Source: a plasmid. From it: a DNA stretch of 64,000 nucleotides. Under the pieces are notes generated by a model. The model had not been told where the DNA came from. It worked only from the letters and a program-made list of their open reading frames with translations, and searched no databases. The position numbers and the translations under genes were made by a program. How positions within the stretch are numbered: the stretch's first letter is position 1; each line of letters begins with the position of its first letter. This document shows, piece by piece, positions 19,391 through 28,986 of this stretch. The stretch lies in sequence record NC_009705.1, one strand, 5' to 3'.

Positions 19391-19754
19391 ACACTATCCT
19401 GTTGCTTATATAGATACTTATCAGTATGCATTATCAATTATGGCATTCGCATTGGAAAAACACATAAACTATTGATTGAACCGTTACAAGTTTTTTTACC
19501 GATGTGCCTGTAATCATGATTGCATATTGCATTGTACTATTGGCTTCATATAGTCCATCCTAAATTGAACGGGTCTCCATGCCAAATGTAATTTTTTTAT
19601 AATTTAAAGTCTTTCATAAACCGATTTTTAAGTGTTATATTAAAATAATATTGCACTTATATCAGTGACTGTCGTGCTTAAGTGGCTGATTCCGAAAAAA
19701 ACGGCCCTCACTTCTTGTCTGTGGTTTTGTCCCGGAGTTGTTTTGGGCCAAGCA

Positions 19755-19784
19755 TTAAAAATGCCGCTATATGCGGCATTTTTA
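19755..19784. terminator. Hairpin ATGCCGC-TATA-GCGGCAT flanked by A and T runs (bidirectional terminator) 3' of the 19794..20912 gene
   Basis: Read from the sequence. Confidence 0.5.
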
Positions 19785-19793
19785 CGTTTACAC

Positions 19794-20912
19794 TCAGTCA
19801 TCCTTACTATTTTTATGGTATTTATCGTACATATCATTTAGCGCATCACTTAAATAGTGATATTGGTATATGCTTTTGTCGCTATCGATAACGGATATAG
19901 TCCATTTTTTAGAAAAATGATCACCTGACTCTTCCTCAACGAAATGTTTTGATGGCAAACCGGTATAAGCCTCAATATATTTTTCTATTTGAGGTTTTAA
20001 ACACACTCCAGTAACGAGATCTTTTGGATACCAAGTTCCATTCCTACGTAATACATCTTCCAGTAAGGATGGGAATACCTTTCCTTGAATGAGTTTATCC
20101 ATCACTTTCATATCAAGAGAATTGCCATGCAGGTGTACGCCTGTGTAAAGTCCCTCAAGCTTTATGATTCCGTCGAAGACCGCCTTTAGATCGTTCCGAC
20201 ATCGAACATAATTCCATCTCTGAAACTCACATAATTCATATTTATCAAAGGTTACATCTTCCACAGTATACTGATATTTAATTAGGAAACCCATCCGCAT
20301 ATTGTGCGTAGCATCGTCATGATTTTCTGCTTCCTCAAAACTTACCCCATCCGTTTTTATTACGTAAACGTCGATATTTCGATGCTTGATAAGTCGGTCT
20401 ATCACTGAAAGAATCATATTATCGGGGTGTTTGTCCCAGTGGATACAATTACGAGGGTAAATATCTTCTTTCTCTCCACTTAACCAGCCAGAGTTCACTC
20501 CAAACCAGTCACTAACTTCTTTAAGCATTTCAGGCGTAATAATATCTAGCATAGAATCGCGGGATTTAATTTTAGACAAGGTGACACCGTATTTACTCAG
20601 CATTCGGCTCATATCGAGGGGCTTAATATGATGGCTCTCAAAGACAAGCATCAGCCGATCGTAGAGAGAATCGATCAGATTATTGATCGGAGCAGTTTCC
20701 ATTTCTACCACGCCATCCACCATGATGTTGATGAGCTGGGAGACGGATATTCCCAGAGCTTCACTTTGTGCTTGAAGGTAAGTACGTGTCTGGGGTTTTA
20801 GCCTGATAGTCGTAATTTCTTTTGGCCCTTCCTCAATGCCAACGTTTTGTTCTTTGGCACGACTGTTGCCTGTCGCTATTAGGGACTGAATGATTTTGAT
20901 GAGAGAATGCAT
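19794..20912 (-). CDS. Hypothetical protein (372 aa) with N-terminal HTH-like segment
   Basis: 'LQAQSEALGISVSQLINIMVDG' is HTH-like. The rest is unrecognised. Confidence 0.45.
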   Translation of the reverse strand: MHSLIKIIQSLIATGNSRAKEQNVGIEEGPKEITTIRLKPQTRTYLQAQSEALGISVSQLINIMVDGVVEMETAPINNLIDSLYDRLMLVFESHHIKPLDMSRMLSKYGVTLSKIKSRDSMLDIITPEMLKEVSDWFGVNSGWLSGEKEDIYPRNCIHWDKHPDNMILSVIDRLIKHRNIDVYVIKTDGVSFEEAENHDDATHNMRMGFLIKYQYTVEDVTFDKYELCEFQRWNYVRCRNDLKAVFDGIIKLEGLYTGVHLHGNSLDMKVMDKLIQGKVFPSLLEDVLRRNGTWYPKDLVTGVCLKPQIEKYIEAYTGLPSKHFVEEESGDHFSKKWTISVIDSDKSIYQYHYLSDALNDMYDKYHKNSKDD

Positions 20913-20923
20913 TATTGCACCTT

Positions 20924-20989
20924 ACGTATTCGGATGTATTGCATTTTATAACATTGGAACGAGTCCAAATGCAATACATCCGAATACGT
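20924..20989. promoter_or_regulatory. Perfect 23-bp inverted repeat ACGTATTCGGATGTATTGCATTT-N20-AAATGCAATACATCCGAATACGT immediately 5' of the 19794..20912 start
   Basis: Arms verified base by base. Confidence 0.5.
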
Positions 20990-21292
20990 TTCAACCTATT
21001 ACTGTTTCTGCTTTCCAAGATAACAGACAGACTTTAATGACTGATTTAACTATAAGGGACAAACATACAAAATGTGTGAAACGAGACTTAAGTTTGGCCA
21101 TCAAAATGATAATGTACACATTGCCATTTGATTACGACTCTCAGCCACTGCTCTCACACGCTGACAAGACAAATTTTTGGTACGGGGTGTTTAAAAACAA
21201 TGAGATAAATCGAGAATTAAAGACATGAACAGTGCGCGTTAGCAAATTCATAGGTTAGAATAACTCACCGTGAACACTACATTTAAATCAAG

Positions 21293-21781
21293 ATGCCCGT
21301 CTATCATACAGAAAAGTTTATGGAGTTCAGAAGCGGTGCATTTGATTGCCACCGACACGATTTTTCCATCAAGGAGCATAATTTCATAGGTCTTTTTTCA
21401 GCCGTAGACATACACGACCGCCCTTACCACGAACTGAGATGCGAAGAAATAGGCTTTCAGATACCCGACGACTGCTACGATATTAAGTTTGATAGACTCG
21501 AAAATTTTAATAATGAGAACTACTTTGCTCCACCCGCTAGGGGACAGTGCTCAAGAGATATCAATTTTCCAAACGAACTTGCAGACGCATTAAAAACAAT
21601 AATTACCCTGCATCACAATGAATACCGGGCAAAAGCATACTTTGCTGTAGCAGAAACAGATAAACTGAAACGTTTCTATGACCGTATTTTACAAGACATC
21701 CCTAATTATGTAGTATGTGAAGTAGCCACCAACTTAGGTGAAGAAGGAAAAGGTTATGCACTCAAAACGCGATATTTCTAA
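21293..21781 (+). CDS. Hypothetical protein (162 aa)
   Basis: ORF only. Confidence 0.4.
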   Translation: MPVYHTEKFMEFRSGAFDCHRHDFSIKEHNFIGLFSAVDIHDRPYHELRCEEIGFQIPDDCYDIKFDRLENFNNENYFAPPARGQCSRDINFPNELADALKTIITLHHNEYRAKAYFAVAETDKLKRFYDRILQDIPNYVVCEVATNLGEEGKGYALKTRYF

Positions 21782-21902
21782 TCTGAAACAGATGACTGCG
21801 GCAGAGAGAAAAATTGAAGCGATGCGCAAAATAAAAGCTTCCTATGACCGCGCTTCGCGGGAAGGTAGCATTCGTACTCGTGAAATCGTAGTTGCAGTAT
21901 AA
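21756..21902 (+). CDS. Small hydrophilic protein (48 aa) overlapping the end of the upstream ORF, followed by a terminator
   Basis: AAGGAAAAGG RBS 4 nt before ATG 21756. Ends 15 nt before a strong terminator. Confidence 0.3.
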   Translation: MHSKRDISNLKQMTAAERKIEAMRKIKASYDRASREGSIRTREIVVAV

Positions 21903-21917
21903 CTAACTCTTTTTAGA

Positions 21918-21940
21918 ACCCGCGAAAGCGGGTTTTTTGT
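21918..21940 (+). terminator. Rho-independent terminator AACCCGCG-AAA-GCGGGTTTTTTG
   Basis: Perfect 7-bp GC stem plus T6. Confidence 0.7.
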
Positions 21941-21944
21941 ATAT

Positions 21945-22030
21945 TAGCTGTATACGCTCAGATTTTATTTGACAGTTTTCTCTGGCAGAACGCAATCTAA
22001 TCTGACAGTCTGCTTCGAGCGAGAAGCGGA
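21945..22030. repeat. Dispersed imperfect-palindromic repeat (family A/B, orientation 1): 'TATACGCTCAGATTTTATTTGACAGTTTTCTCTGGCAGAACGCAATCTAATCTGACAGTCTGCTTCGAGCGAGAAGCGG'
   Basis: About 90% identical to 29712-29800. Its reverse complement is about 60% identical to 25255-25342 and 30838-30925 (shared CCGCTTCT...CTGTCAGATTAG...TGCCAGA core). Confidence 0.6.
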
Positions 22031-22181
22031 CATACATGGCCGTGAATTAGGGACTTGTTTATCAGAAAGGTTAATCTGATCAACCTAACATAGACATACA
22101 TGGTGAAGTTGACCAAAAAGTAGGATATCATAATATCTGTATTGTGTTAATTCTGATCAAGTATATGAGTTTCTTCACTAA

Positions 22182-23726
22182 TTAAACTTTCAATGAGGAT
22201 ACCAGAGAGTCTTTTCTTTTAGCATGATCTTTTCGCAACAACACAAGTCCAAGCATTGCATAGGGTTCAAGAGACTTTTCTATAATGCTCTCTTCATCGA
22301 TAATCTCATCAAAAGAAGAAGGCCTATTCAAGGATTTAAATTCTTTTAATATAGTTTGATATTGCTCTGATAAACCATAATCTTGCGTTAGTTCCATGAA
22401 TAAATCCCGATAATATATTGGTTTGTTAATCGGATATGAATCGATGATTTCGGCAAGAGTACTTAAAACAAGAATGTGAAACGTCTGAAAAGGCCATAGT
22501 TGTTCATGTTTTCGATTCATTTTCAGGTGCCGTGGGAAAGAGGGGCCTTTCTTGCCTAATACTGGTGTAAAAAGACGTCTCTTAATCATCCATTCTTTCC
22601 ACAACGAATAGTTAGCCTTGAAGAATGTGTCGTATCCGTTTGAATATTCGGAGGCTAACATTTCAGCCTTTTCTTTTATATGACGCAATTTGTCGATGTT
22701 AATTAATTCTAGTATATATTGGTTCCTTCTTTTCTGAATGCTTGCCTCTACAGAAGGATGTTTCAACCATGAGCAATGAATGACATTAGACTCATCGTCA
22801 AAGTAATTACATATCGCGTATTTACCATCAGGAGGCCGCAATTCAGGAATACAGTTTGAGTATGAATAAGCAACTCTGATCGTTCTACCTCCAGTAACTA
22901 TATCGAGAATGACACACTCATCAGACTCAAACGTCAGCGAGACTTTTTGACATGTAACGGTGCGAGCAGTAAATACCTCTCGATTTATGTTATGCGTCTT
23001 ACCATTGTGTTCGAGTCCTATGTCTTGGCGTATGCAGGGGAGATACAGCGTTTTATCCTCCATAGAACGCTTAACGAGTTCGTGTACTTTAGATTCTCTT
23101 TCAGCTTTGGCTCGCTGCTTTTCTTGTTCAACCTTTTCCAAGTGCTTGAGTTTCTTTTTCTCCAGAGCTGAGTGGTAGATCCATTTGTAGTCTACGCGGT
23201 TAACTTTTAGTAGAGCGACCCATTCGTCAATGCTCCTGTTTTCATTCAGTGGAAAACGGTACTCAATCGAATCAATCTGATGATCGATGTAATATTGTCT
23301 CTTCTCTTCCTCACATTCATGAGTAACCCAGACTTCAATTACTACACCACCAACGCCTGTCTCTAGGTACACATCTGCCCAGTATTTGCCGATCTTGTAC
23401 TCAAGGGTTGATTTACTGACGTCTGTGGCAAATTCAGGAACAAAGATGTCAGTATCATCTAGAGATAACGAATTTTGGGGAAGGGTAAACTTGGATATCG
23501 ATAAGAAGTGTTGCTGCATCCCGATGTGCAGCTGTGTCATTTGACAGTCTCGGCTTTCTTCTTTAGTTGTGTGCGAGAAATGGTGTCTGATTACCCTACC
23601 GTTGTTCTTTGCTACCAGAGCGTCCCCACAGTTCTTACAGATGCATTCACAGCGTTTACCGTTAGGAACGGCATCAACGTGAACAATCTTGTTTGTATCT
23701 TTATGGAGGGCATACTCAAATAGCAT
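22182..23726 (-). CDS. CoiA-like family PD-(D/E)xK nuclease-domain protein with long C-terminal extension (514 aa)
   Basis: N-terminus 'MLFEYALHKDTNKIVHVDAVPNGKRCECICKNCGDALVAKNNGRVIRHHFSH' matches the competence-CoiA-like N-terminal Cys motif. 'ADVYLE...VIEVWVTHE' is an acidic nuclease-like core. Confidence 0.5.
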   Translation of the reverse strand: MLFEYALHKDTNKIVHVDAVPNGKRCECICKNCGDALVAKNNGRVIRHHFSHTTKEESRDCQMTQLHIGMQQHFLSISKFTLPQNSLSLDDTDIFVPEFATDVSKSTLEYKIGKYWADVYLETGVGGVVIEVWVTHECEEEKRQYYIDHQIDSIEYRFPLNENRSIDEWVALLKVNRVDYKWIYHSALEKKKLKHLEKVEQEKQRAKAERESKVHELVKRSMEDKTLYLPCIRQDIGLEHNGKTHNINREVFTARTVTCQKVSLTFESDECVILDIVTGGRTIRVAYSYSNCIPELRPPDGKYAICNYFDDESNVIHCSWLKHPSVEASIQKRRNQYILELINIDKLRHIKEKAEMLASEYSNGYDTFFKANYSLWKEWMIKRRLFTPVLGKKGPSFPRHLKMNRKHEQLWPFQTFHILVLSTLAEIIDSYPINKPIYYRDLFMELTQDYGLSEQYQTILKEFKSLNRPSSFDEIIDEESIIEKSLEPYAMLGLVLLRKDHAKRKDSLVSSLKV

Positions 23727-24092
23727 TTATTCTTTTAGCATCCTTGTTCAGATATGACGTTGATTGGTCTTCATTTGTCCTTTTCTTGATTGGAAGACCA
23801 CTTTTCCAACTTATCGCCCCATTCTTGCATCATTGCCTTCCTTTCATCAAGGTAATGTAAACATCCCGTATAACCGTGCCATGTGATTTTAGATATCTTG
23901 ACTGAATGTGTCGTAATGTTCGCAACTTCCGCTTCTGGCGCAGAACGGAACAATGTGTGCTGCTCTCGGTCTGCTATGAGCGAAAAGCGGAAGTTACCAA
24001 TTGCTCTCACAGCTGTTGGCGGATCCTATGGCAAAACAATATGTGTTGTCGCTTAATTTTCCACAGGCACACCAATGTATGTGTGTGAATGG

Positions 24093-25100
24093 TCAGTTTC
24101 GTTTTTCTAAGTCGGCTAATGCATATCTTCCGCGTTCTGCTACTGATAGTGATATATCAGTAGCCAATATATTTGCCAGCTTAAATGCTTCATCACCGAT
24201 ATTATCCAATTCTTTTATGAGCATTTCGCCAGCTATACGCCGAACCATTGGCGAGCGGTCGGTTGTTGCCATCCTCAAAGTATCAATAAAGGGGCGAGTT
24301 GTAGCTATTACTCGCTCTTTTAAAGTAGGGATGCGGCGCTGTATGCCATGTACTTTGTCAACCCACTGCCATGTCAGCCCTTCAGCCCAAACGAATTTAC
24401 TTTCAAACTGACAACGATACGCTTTGGCTCGCAGGGAGGGTTGAATTGATTTTTCTGAAATCTCAGCTAAAAATTTATCCAGCGCTGTTGTGCGTCCTGC
24501 CTGCACAAATATAGTAGCGACAGGCCCTGATGAGGATGTTAGAAGCCGTTTTTTTAAAGCATTAGCTACTTTCTCCATTAAAACCACTTTCATGAGCACC
24601 TCTTTCTCGATATCTTCCATTCTTCCCCAGGAATCCCAGTAAGGAAGAGTTATAAATAATACATCAACAATAAACTCAGGATCAGATTTTTCAGCAACCA
24701 ATGGCAAAGCATCACGGGCTGCAGCTCTTACCTGCGGAACCCAGTCATTTAGCTTACGAACAACTAAAGCTAATAAAAAACTATTTGGTGCCCCACCTGA
24801 TAGTGTCCTCAGCGCTCTTTCGCGTCTGAAGCCATCAGCGCTACATATGTCCATCCATCTAAGTGATCCTACTTGCTGGAAATCATTATCACTTTCCTTC
24901 TGACTATACTGTCGGAGGGAATAGAAAATCTCTGCTCGAATTAATCGTTCCCAATCATCGAGGCCTTTTAAGGATAGCTTTGAGGTGGCAGTGATGAATT
25001 TTGATATATCAGGTCTTATTCTTTGATATAGGATATCAAAGGTGAGTGATTTTTTAATAGATTCAATGAGCTCTTGCTGAAGGCTATCCTGCGGTAACAT
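24093..25100 (-). CDS. HEAT/PBS-lyase-like repeat protein (335 aa)
   Basis: Repeats 'PQVRAAARDALPLVAEK' and 'DRSPMVRRIAGEMLIKEL' are HEAT-like. Confidence 0.4.
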   Translation of the reverse strand: MLPQDSLQQELIESIKKSLTFDILYQRIRPDISKFITATSKLSLKGLDDWERLIRAEIFYSLRQYSQKESDNDFQQVGSLRWMDICSADGFRRERALRTLSGGAPNSFLLALVVRKLNDWVPQVRAAARDALPLVAEKSDPEFIVDVLFITLPYWDSWGRMEDIEKEVLMKVVLMEKVANALKKRLLTSSSGPVATIFVQAGRTTALDKFLAEISEKSIQPSLRAKAYRCQFESKFVWAEGLTWQWVDKVHGIQRRIPTLKERVIATTRPFIDTLRMATTDRSPMVRRIAGEMLIKELDNIGDEAFKLANILATDISLSVAERGRYALADLEKRN

Positions 25101-25254
25101 GAGCCAGCTTCCTTTATAAAATTTTTATGCTTATACTTCTTCTAAAGTGACAAAGAGTTAAAGTCAAGAATCATTTGTTTAATGGATTTTTATTTATATA
25201 TAGTTCCCCGACGACTGCACAGGAAGGCTCAGTCTTGTGCTTCCAGACCATGCG

Positions 25255-25342
25255 TCCGCTCTTGGCACAGAGCTGCCTGTCAGATTAGGTTAAGCTCTGT
25301 ATCGTGACAATGCCAGAGCAAGTCTGAGCTAATACATATTAG
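25255..25342. repeat. Dispersed repeat (family A/B, orientation 2): 'CTTGGCACAGAGCTGCCTGTCAGATTAGGTTAAGCTCTGTATCGTGACAATGCCAGAGCAAGTCTGAGCTAATACATAT'
   Basis: About 90% identical to 30838-30925. Confidence 0.6.
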
Positions 25343-25392
25343 CTTTACAGAAGCTTGGTAATGTCTGCACACTTCACTCAAATCAAATTAGA

Positions 25393-25418
25393 AATGCCAC
25401 TTAGTGTGGCATTTTTTC
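25393..25418 (+). terminator. Hairpin ATGCCAC-TTAGT-GTGGCAT plus T6 (terminator-like)
   Basis: Read from the sequence. Confidence 0.45.
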
Positions 25419-25529
25419 GTATGGCTTCCACAAAAATCAGTGCTTACCCTATCCTTTCGGGCCAAACTAGCTTCTTACTAAGCATCTGTCCCAACAAATA
25501 TCAGACCTAACGTTTCCTCCATTAAAGCG

Positions 25530-25916
25530 TTAGACTTTGATGAACCCATAGAAAACAAAAGCATTTGCAAGAAATAAAATAAAACCCGTTAATAAAAGTG
25601 AAAACTCTACCTTAATCCAACGCACCTTATCCTTGGGTTGATTCCTGATAAAATAATAATGATCTTGATTCATCTTTCTAACAAAAATGCTTTTTATATT
25701 GAAAATCAATGGCCGTAGAAAATAAATGTCCTTTTGAAAAGTGAAGAAGATCCCTCCAGCTTGAGAAATAACCACTTCATCAGGCAAGCATCCGAATTCC
25801 TTATAAAACTCGTCGCAGAGTAACTTATGCTGCTTTTTGTGCAATGTGGAGTAAGCAAAGGCACCAAATATCGCCAGTACGCATAGTGGAGTCAGGATCA
25901 TAAAAATAAGTATCAT
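25530..25916 (-). CDS. Small polytopic membrane protein, a putative immunity protein for the adjacent PAAR toxin
   Basis: Three to four hydrophobic helices. Start overlaps the stop of the toxin gene (ATGA-type coupling, 25916-25918). Confidence 0.45.
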   Translation of the reverse strand: MILIFMILTPLCVLAIFGAFAYSTLHKKQHKLLCDEFYKEFGCLPDEVVISQAGGIFFTFQKDIYFLRPLIFNIKSIFVRKMNQDHYYFIRNQPKDKVRWIKVEFSLLLTGFILFLANAFVFYGFIKV

Positions 25917-25917
25917 G

Positions 25918-27330
25918 TTATTTACCTATGGTCTCGTAAATAACGTCACCAAAATACTCACCAAAGGATGATACCGTTTCACTACCTACATAACCGCCAG
26001 CACCACCGAGTATAACCCCACACGCGAGTACTCCCGCCCCTCCCGCTGCCATAGTTGCTGCGCCTAAAGCGACCGTACAAACACCCATGCCAATCGCGCC
26101 TCCGGCCAGCCCTCCGGCTATACTTCCTGTGAAACTTCCCGTTTCTGTATATTTCTTCTTAGAACACTCATCCTCTCTACCCACTGAACATGCTTCGTTA
26201 ACTTCATTGATAGAATGAAATGCACTAAATCCAATGCCCACATATCCGGCATACTTCATTAACTTAACGTATTTAGCTGCACGTTCTATGTGAGTCGCAT
26301 AACCGTCAATATCATTTATTCCGGTCTTATTCCACTCATGAGTAATAGATTTTGATGATAGCCCAAGCGCATCTTTTATTTTTGCATACTCGCCGAACTT
26401 CATTCCTTTATTCAAAAAACCAACTTTTAATACGGTATTAAGTTCCTTGAATAACTGACTACGCCTGACGTAAAACTGCTCTCCAATTAATGCCCCCCGT
26501 GTTAAGTAAGCATTTTTATAAGTGTCTTGGATCTCACTTAGGATTTTTTGAATGTTCTCAAAATACTTACCAACAGGATCAGCAGCAAGACCTATCCCTT
26601 TGTCAGCAAAGCTACTGAAGTTGGCGATAGTAGCGTAATGCTGATGCAAGAAATTTGCTTCTTCGTGGGATAAAGGGGCTAACGCAGCATCTATTCGCTC
26701 TTTAGCAGCTTGCATGTGGGCAATTTGCATGCTGTTTTGCTTGTCCGGATCAACCAGCAGCATAATTGAACCCGCCTTAAACTCATTGCCACTTCCATTC
26801 AATGATCGGTAGAGTTCTCGCGTCCCAGCGGGAGGTTCCTTGTTAAACAACCACGGTTCATACGATTCAGTCACCGAACCATAAGGGAGTACACAAAATC
26901 CGGCATCAACGGGTTCACGCTCTGATTGATGTGGTTTTGAATCTTGTTGAGTGGGTGCATCCTGTGCTGGCTTCTTGGCAGCTTGTGCATGTTGCTCTGG
27001 CTCCGCTACTGTCGATGATGCAACTGGTGCCGCTTTTGCAACATTGCCCTGATAAGGGCCATGAGAGGCCCACGTCTGCGAGGGTATAAAAAAAGCCTTA
27101 CATGGACACGTCGAACGGCTATACAGCGTACTAGCCACATAATGGCCATGCACGGATTCACCCGGATGTGCTCCCCCCACGCTGTACATACCAGAGTGTT
27201 TTCCACAAGAAACCTTACTGCCATTCACCGCCACGGGATTACCCGCGAACTGTCTTTCTGGCATACCCTCATGAACTAACCCACCACAACTTGTCTTATC
27301 GCCCTTCACTATCCAGTATCCTATCGCCAT
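25918..27330 (-). CDS. PAAR-domain polymorphic toxin (T6SS effector-like) with C-terminal glycine-zipper membrane domain, a putative pore-former
   Basis: N-terminus 'VKGDKTSCGGLVHEGMPERQFAGNPVAVNGSKVSCGKHSG...' follows the PAAR pattern with Cys/His. C-terminus 'GGLAGGAIGMGVCTVALGAATMAAGGAGVLACGVILGGAGG' is a glycine zipper. Confidence 0.55.
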   Translation of the reverse strand: MAIGYWIVKGDKTSCGGLVHEGMPERQFAGNPVAVNGSKVSCGKHSGMYSVGGAHPGESVHGHYVASTLYSRSTCPCKAFFIPSQTWASHGPYQGNVAKAAPVASSTVAEPEQHAQAAKKPAQDAPTQQDSKPHQSEREPVDAGFCVLPYGSVTESYEPWLFNKEPPAGTRELYRSLNGSGNEFKAGSIMLLVDPDKQNSMQIAHMQAAKERIDAALAPLSHEEANFLHQHYATIANFSSFADKGIGLAADPVGKYFENIQKILSEIQDTYKNAYLTRGALIGEQFYVRRSQLFKELNTVLKVGFLNKGMKFGEYAKIKDALGLSSKSITHEWNKTGINDIDGYATHIERAAKYVKLMKYAGYVGIGFSAFHSINEVNEACSVGREDECSKKKYTETGSFTGSIAGGLAGGAIGMGVCTVALGAATMAAGGAGVLACGVILGGAGGYVGSETVSSFGEYFGDVIYETIGK

Positions 27331-27342
27331 TACCTTGCCCCC

Positions 27343-27945
27343 CTAACACAAGGCCGGTAACACAGGCACCAGAAAATTATCCGGCATAGGAACACTATCG
27401 CGGCTAACCAGCATCGCCATCGACTGCGGCGTACTGACGATTTCATCGCCGTTATCAAGCACACTGCCCACCAATGCAAAAGAAACCCCATTACTATGAG
27501 TGGCAGCATCGCCTGCACCACTTATTATCCTTGCTCGTCTGCCATCAGGGTAGACAACACAGTCCCCTACCAACGCTTTATGGATTTCCGAACCATCATC
27601 CAACTGAAATGCAGCAGGGCTACTTGCGTTCACTACCACACCACCAAGACGAGTCCGTGATCTCTCAGTCGCAAATCGCCACAAACCGTTTACTGGATGC
27701 TGCCGCGTCCATGCTTCTTGAGCCTCAATCTGCTCCCGCGATCCCTCCGTCATTGCGGAAAGCTCTTCCGCTGAGAAGGGGGATATATCCATTGAGGCCA
27801 ACAACTCCGCACTCAGTTCGTTGGTGTACTGCTTTTCCATGCTTTTTCCTTGTACATTCGGGGGATAATGCCCCATCTTACCTGCAACGTGACTTAAGTT
27901 AAACTTATCAGAATTCAGCGCACTAGCCATCGGCTCCAACGCCAT
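27343..27945 (-). CDS. Hypothetical protein (200 aa) upstream of the PAAR toxin, a possible effector accessory or adaptor
   Basis: Co-oriented with a 12-nt gap to the toxin gene. Contains 'SSPAAF' and 'GDCVVYPDGRRARIISGAGDA' segments. Confidence 0.35.
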   Translation of the reverse strand: MALEPMASALNSDKFNLSHVAGKMGHYPPNVQGKSMEKQYTNELSAELLASMDISPFSAEELSAMTEGSREQIEAQEAWTRQHPVNGLWRFATERSRTRLGGVVVNASSPAAFQLDDGSEIHKALVGDCVVYPDGRRARIISGAGDAATHSNGVSFALVGSVLDNGDEIVSTPQSMAMLVSRDSVPMPDNFLVPVLPALC

Positions 27946-28099
27946 TTTCTATGGCCAGTTGTAGCCATAACCGCGTAGTCAGTTCTCTTGGCCAACTAGG
28001 TCATATGATAGAATATGGAAAATCTACATTGAGGAGTTATTAGGCCGATCACAGCTCATTTACGAGCATTCAGCGCAAACTTATAATATCGGAGGCAGT

Positions 28100-28549
28100 A
28101 TGGATTTTCTGTACAGAGGCTATAACAGCACGATGACATTTAAAGAAGCTATGACGCCTAAATCGCCTTCACCCACGCCAGAAAGTGGTGCTGAATTCGA
28201 TGATGATAGGGTTGAGTGTGGTGATCCTGATTTTACGTTTGGTCTCTCAGTGAATAATACTATTCACTCGCATGAGTATGGCGGGAATGGCGAGGCAACG
28301 GCTGGTATATCAACTACTCTGCATTTTGAAATGGCTAAAAAATATGCGCTTGGACGGAGTTCATTTGCATCTGGATATGTCATTAAAATGTCAGTTTCAG
28401 CACTTCGACATTCTGGCGTAGATATACATCCGATTAAGGGTAGGTTGACTACAACAGCCATATCTGAAGACGATGAGCACTGGATTTACTTTAATGGTCA
28501 CTTCCCAGAAGAAGCCGTCGTAGAACTTATAGCTGTCTTTCGGGACTAA
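28100..28549 (+). CDS. Hypothetical protein (149 aa)
   Basis: ORF with AGGCAG upstream. No motif. Confidence 0.35.
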   Translation: MDFLYRGYNSTMTFKEAMTPKSPSPTPESGAEFDDDRVECGDPDFTFGLSVNNTIHSHEYGGNGEATAGISTTLHFEMAKKYALGRSSFASGYVIKMSVSALRHSGVDIHPIKGRLTTTAISEDDEHWIYFNGHFPEEAVVELIAVFRD

Positions 28550-28657
28550 AGACACTCCTGAAACCAAACTTATGCTTGGCCAACTATAACTGACATTTTT
28601 TTGCTCATAATGTCAGTTAATATTATCCCCATTTGTGCAATTTCTTACTCTAAGTTC

Positions 28658-28840
28658 CTAGATAACTCGTAGGGTATCCACAACACTTGGATTTCTTTCT
28701 ATCAGGCATAGCATTCTTAACGCAATGCCACTTGGTACACGGCAATCAAGTTCCCAGCGTTGAACAGTTGCAGCGCTAGCACCAATCATTTTTGCAAATT
28801 CATACTGACTCATACCAACACTTTTGCGGATTGACTTCAC
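28658..28840 (-). CDS. XRE/HigA-family HTH protein, apparently N-terminally truncated or frameshifted
   Basis: 'SQYEFAKMIGASAATVQRWELDCRVPSGIALRMLCLIERNP' is the HigA-2-type antitoxin HTH. A 16-codon peptide 'MEKKLFDDLLSSVNLT' with a good RBS lies in another frame just upstream (28837..28887) and resembles the usual N-terminus of this family. Confidence 0.5.
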   Translation of the reverse strand: MKSIRKSVGMSQYEFAKMIGASAATVQRWELDCRVPSGIALRMLCLIERNPSVVDTLRVI

Positions 28841-28937
28841 GTTAGGTTTACACTGCTGAGTAAATCATCAAACAATTTCTTTTCCATAAATCTCCCTTCG
28901 TTATGATCTTCTTTTCCTTATTATCTATAAAGTACCG

Positions 28938-28966
28938 TCTGGATATTATATAATAATATATCCAGA
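28938..28966. promoter_or_regulatory. 29-bp AT-rich palindrome TCTGGATATTATAT-A-ATAATATATCCAGA between the divergent HTH gene and the DUF2786-like gene
   Basis: 8-bp perfect arms (CTGGATAT/ATATCCAG) with a near-palindromic AT core. Confidence 0.5.
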
Positions 28967-28986
28967 ACTCACTTTCGGGTTTTCTC

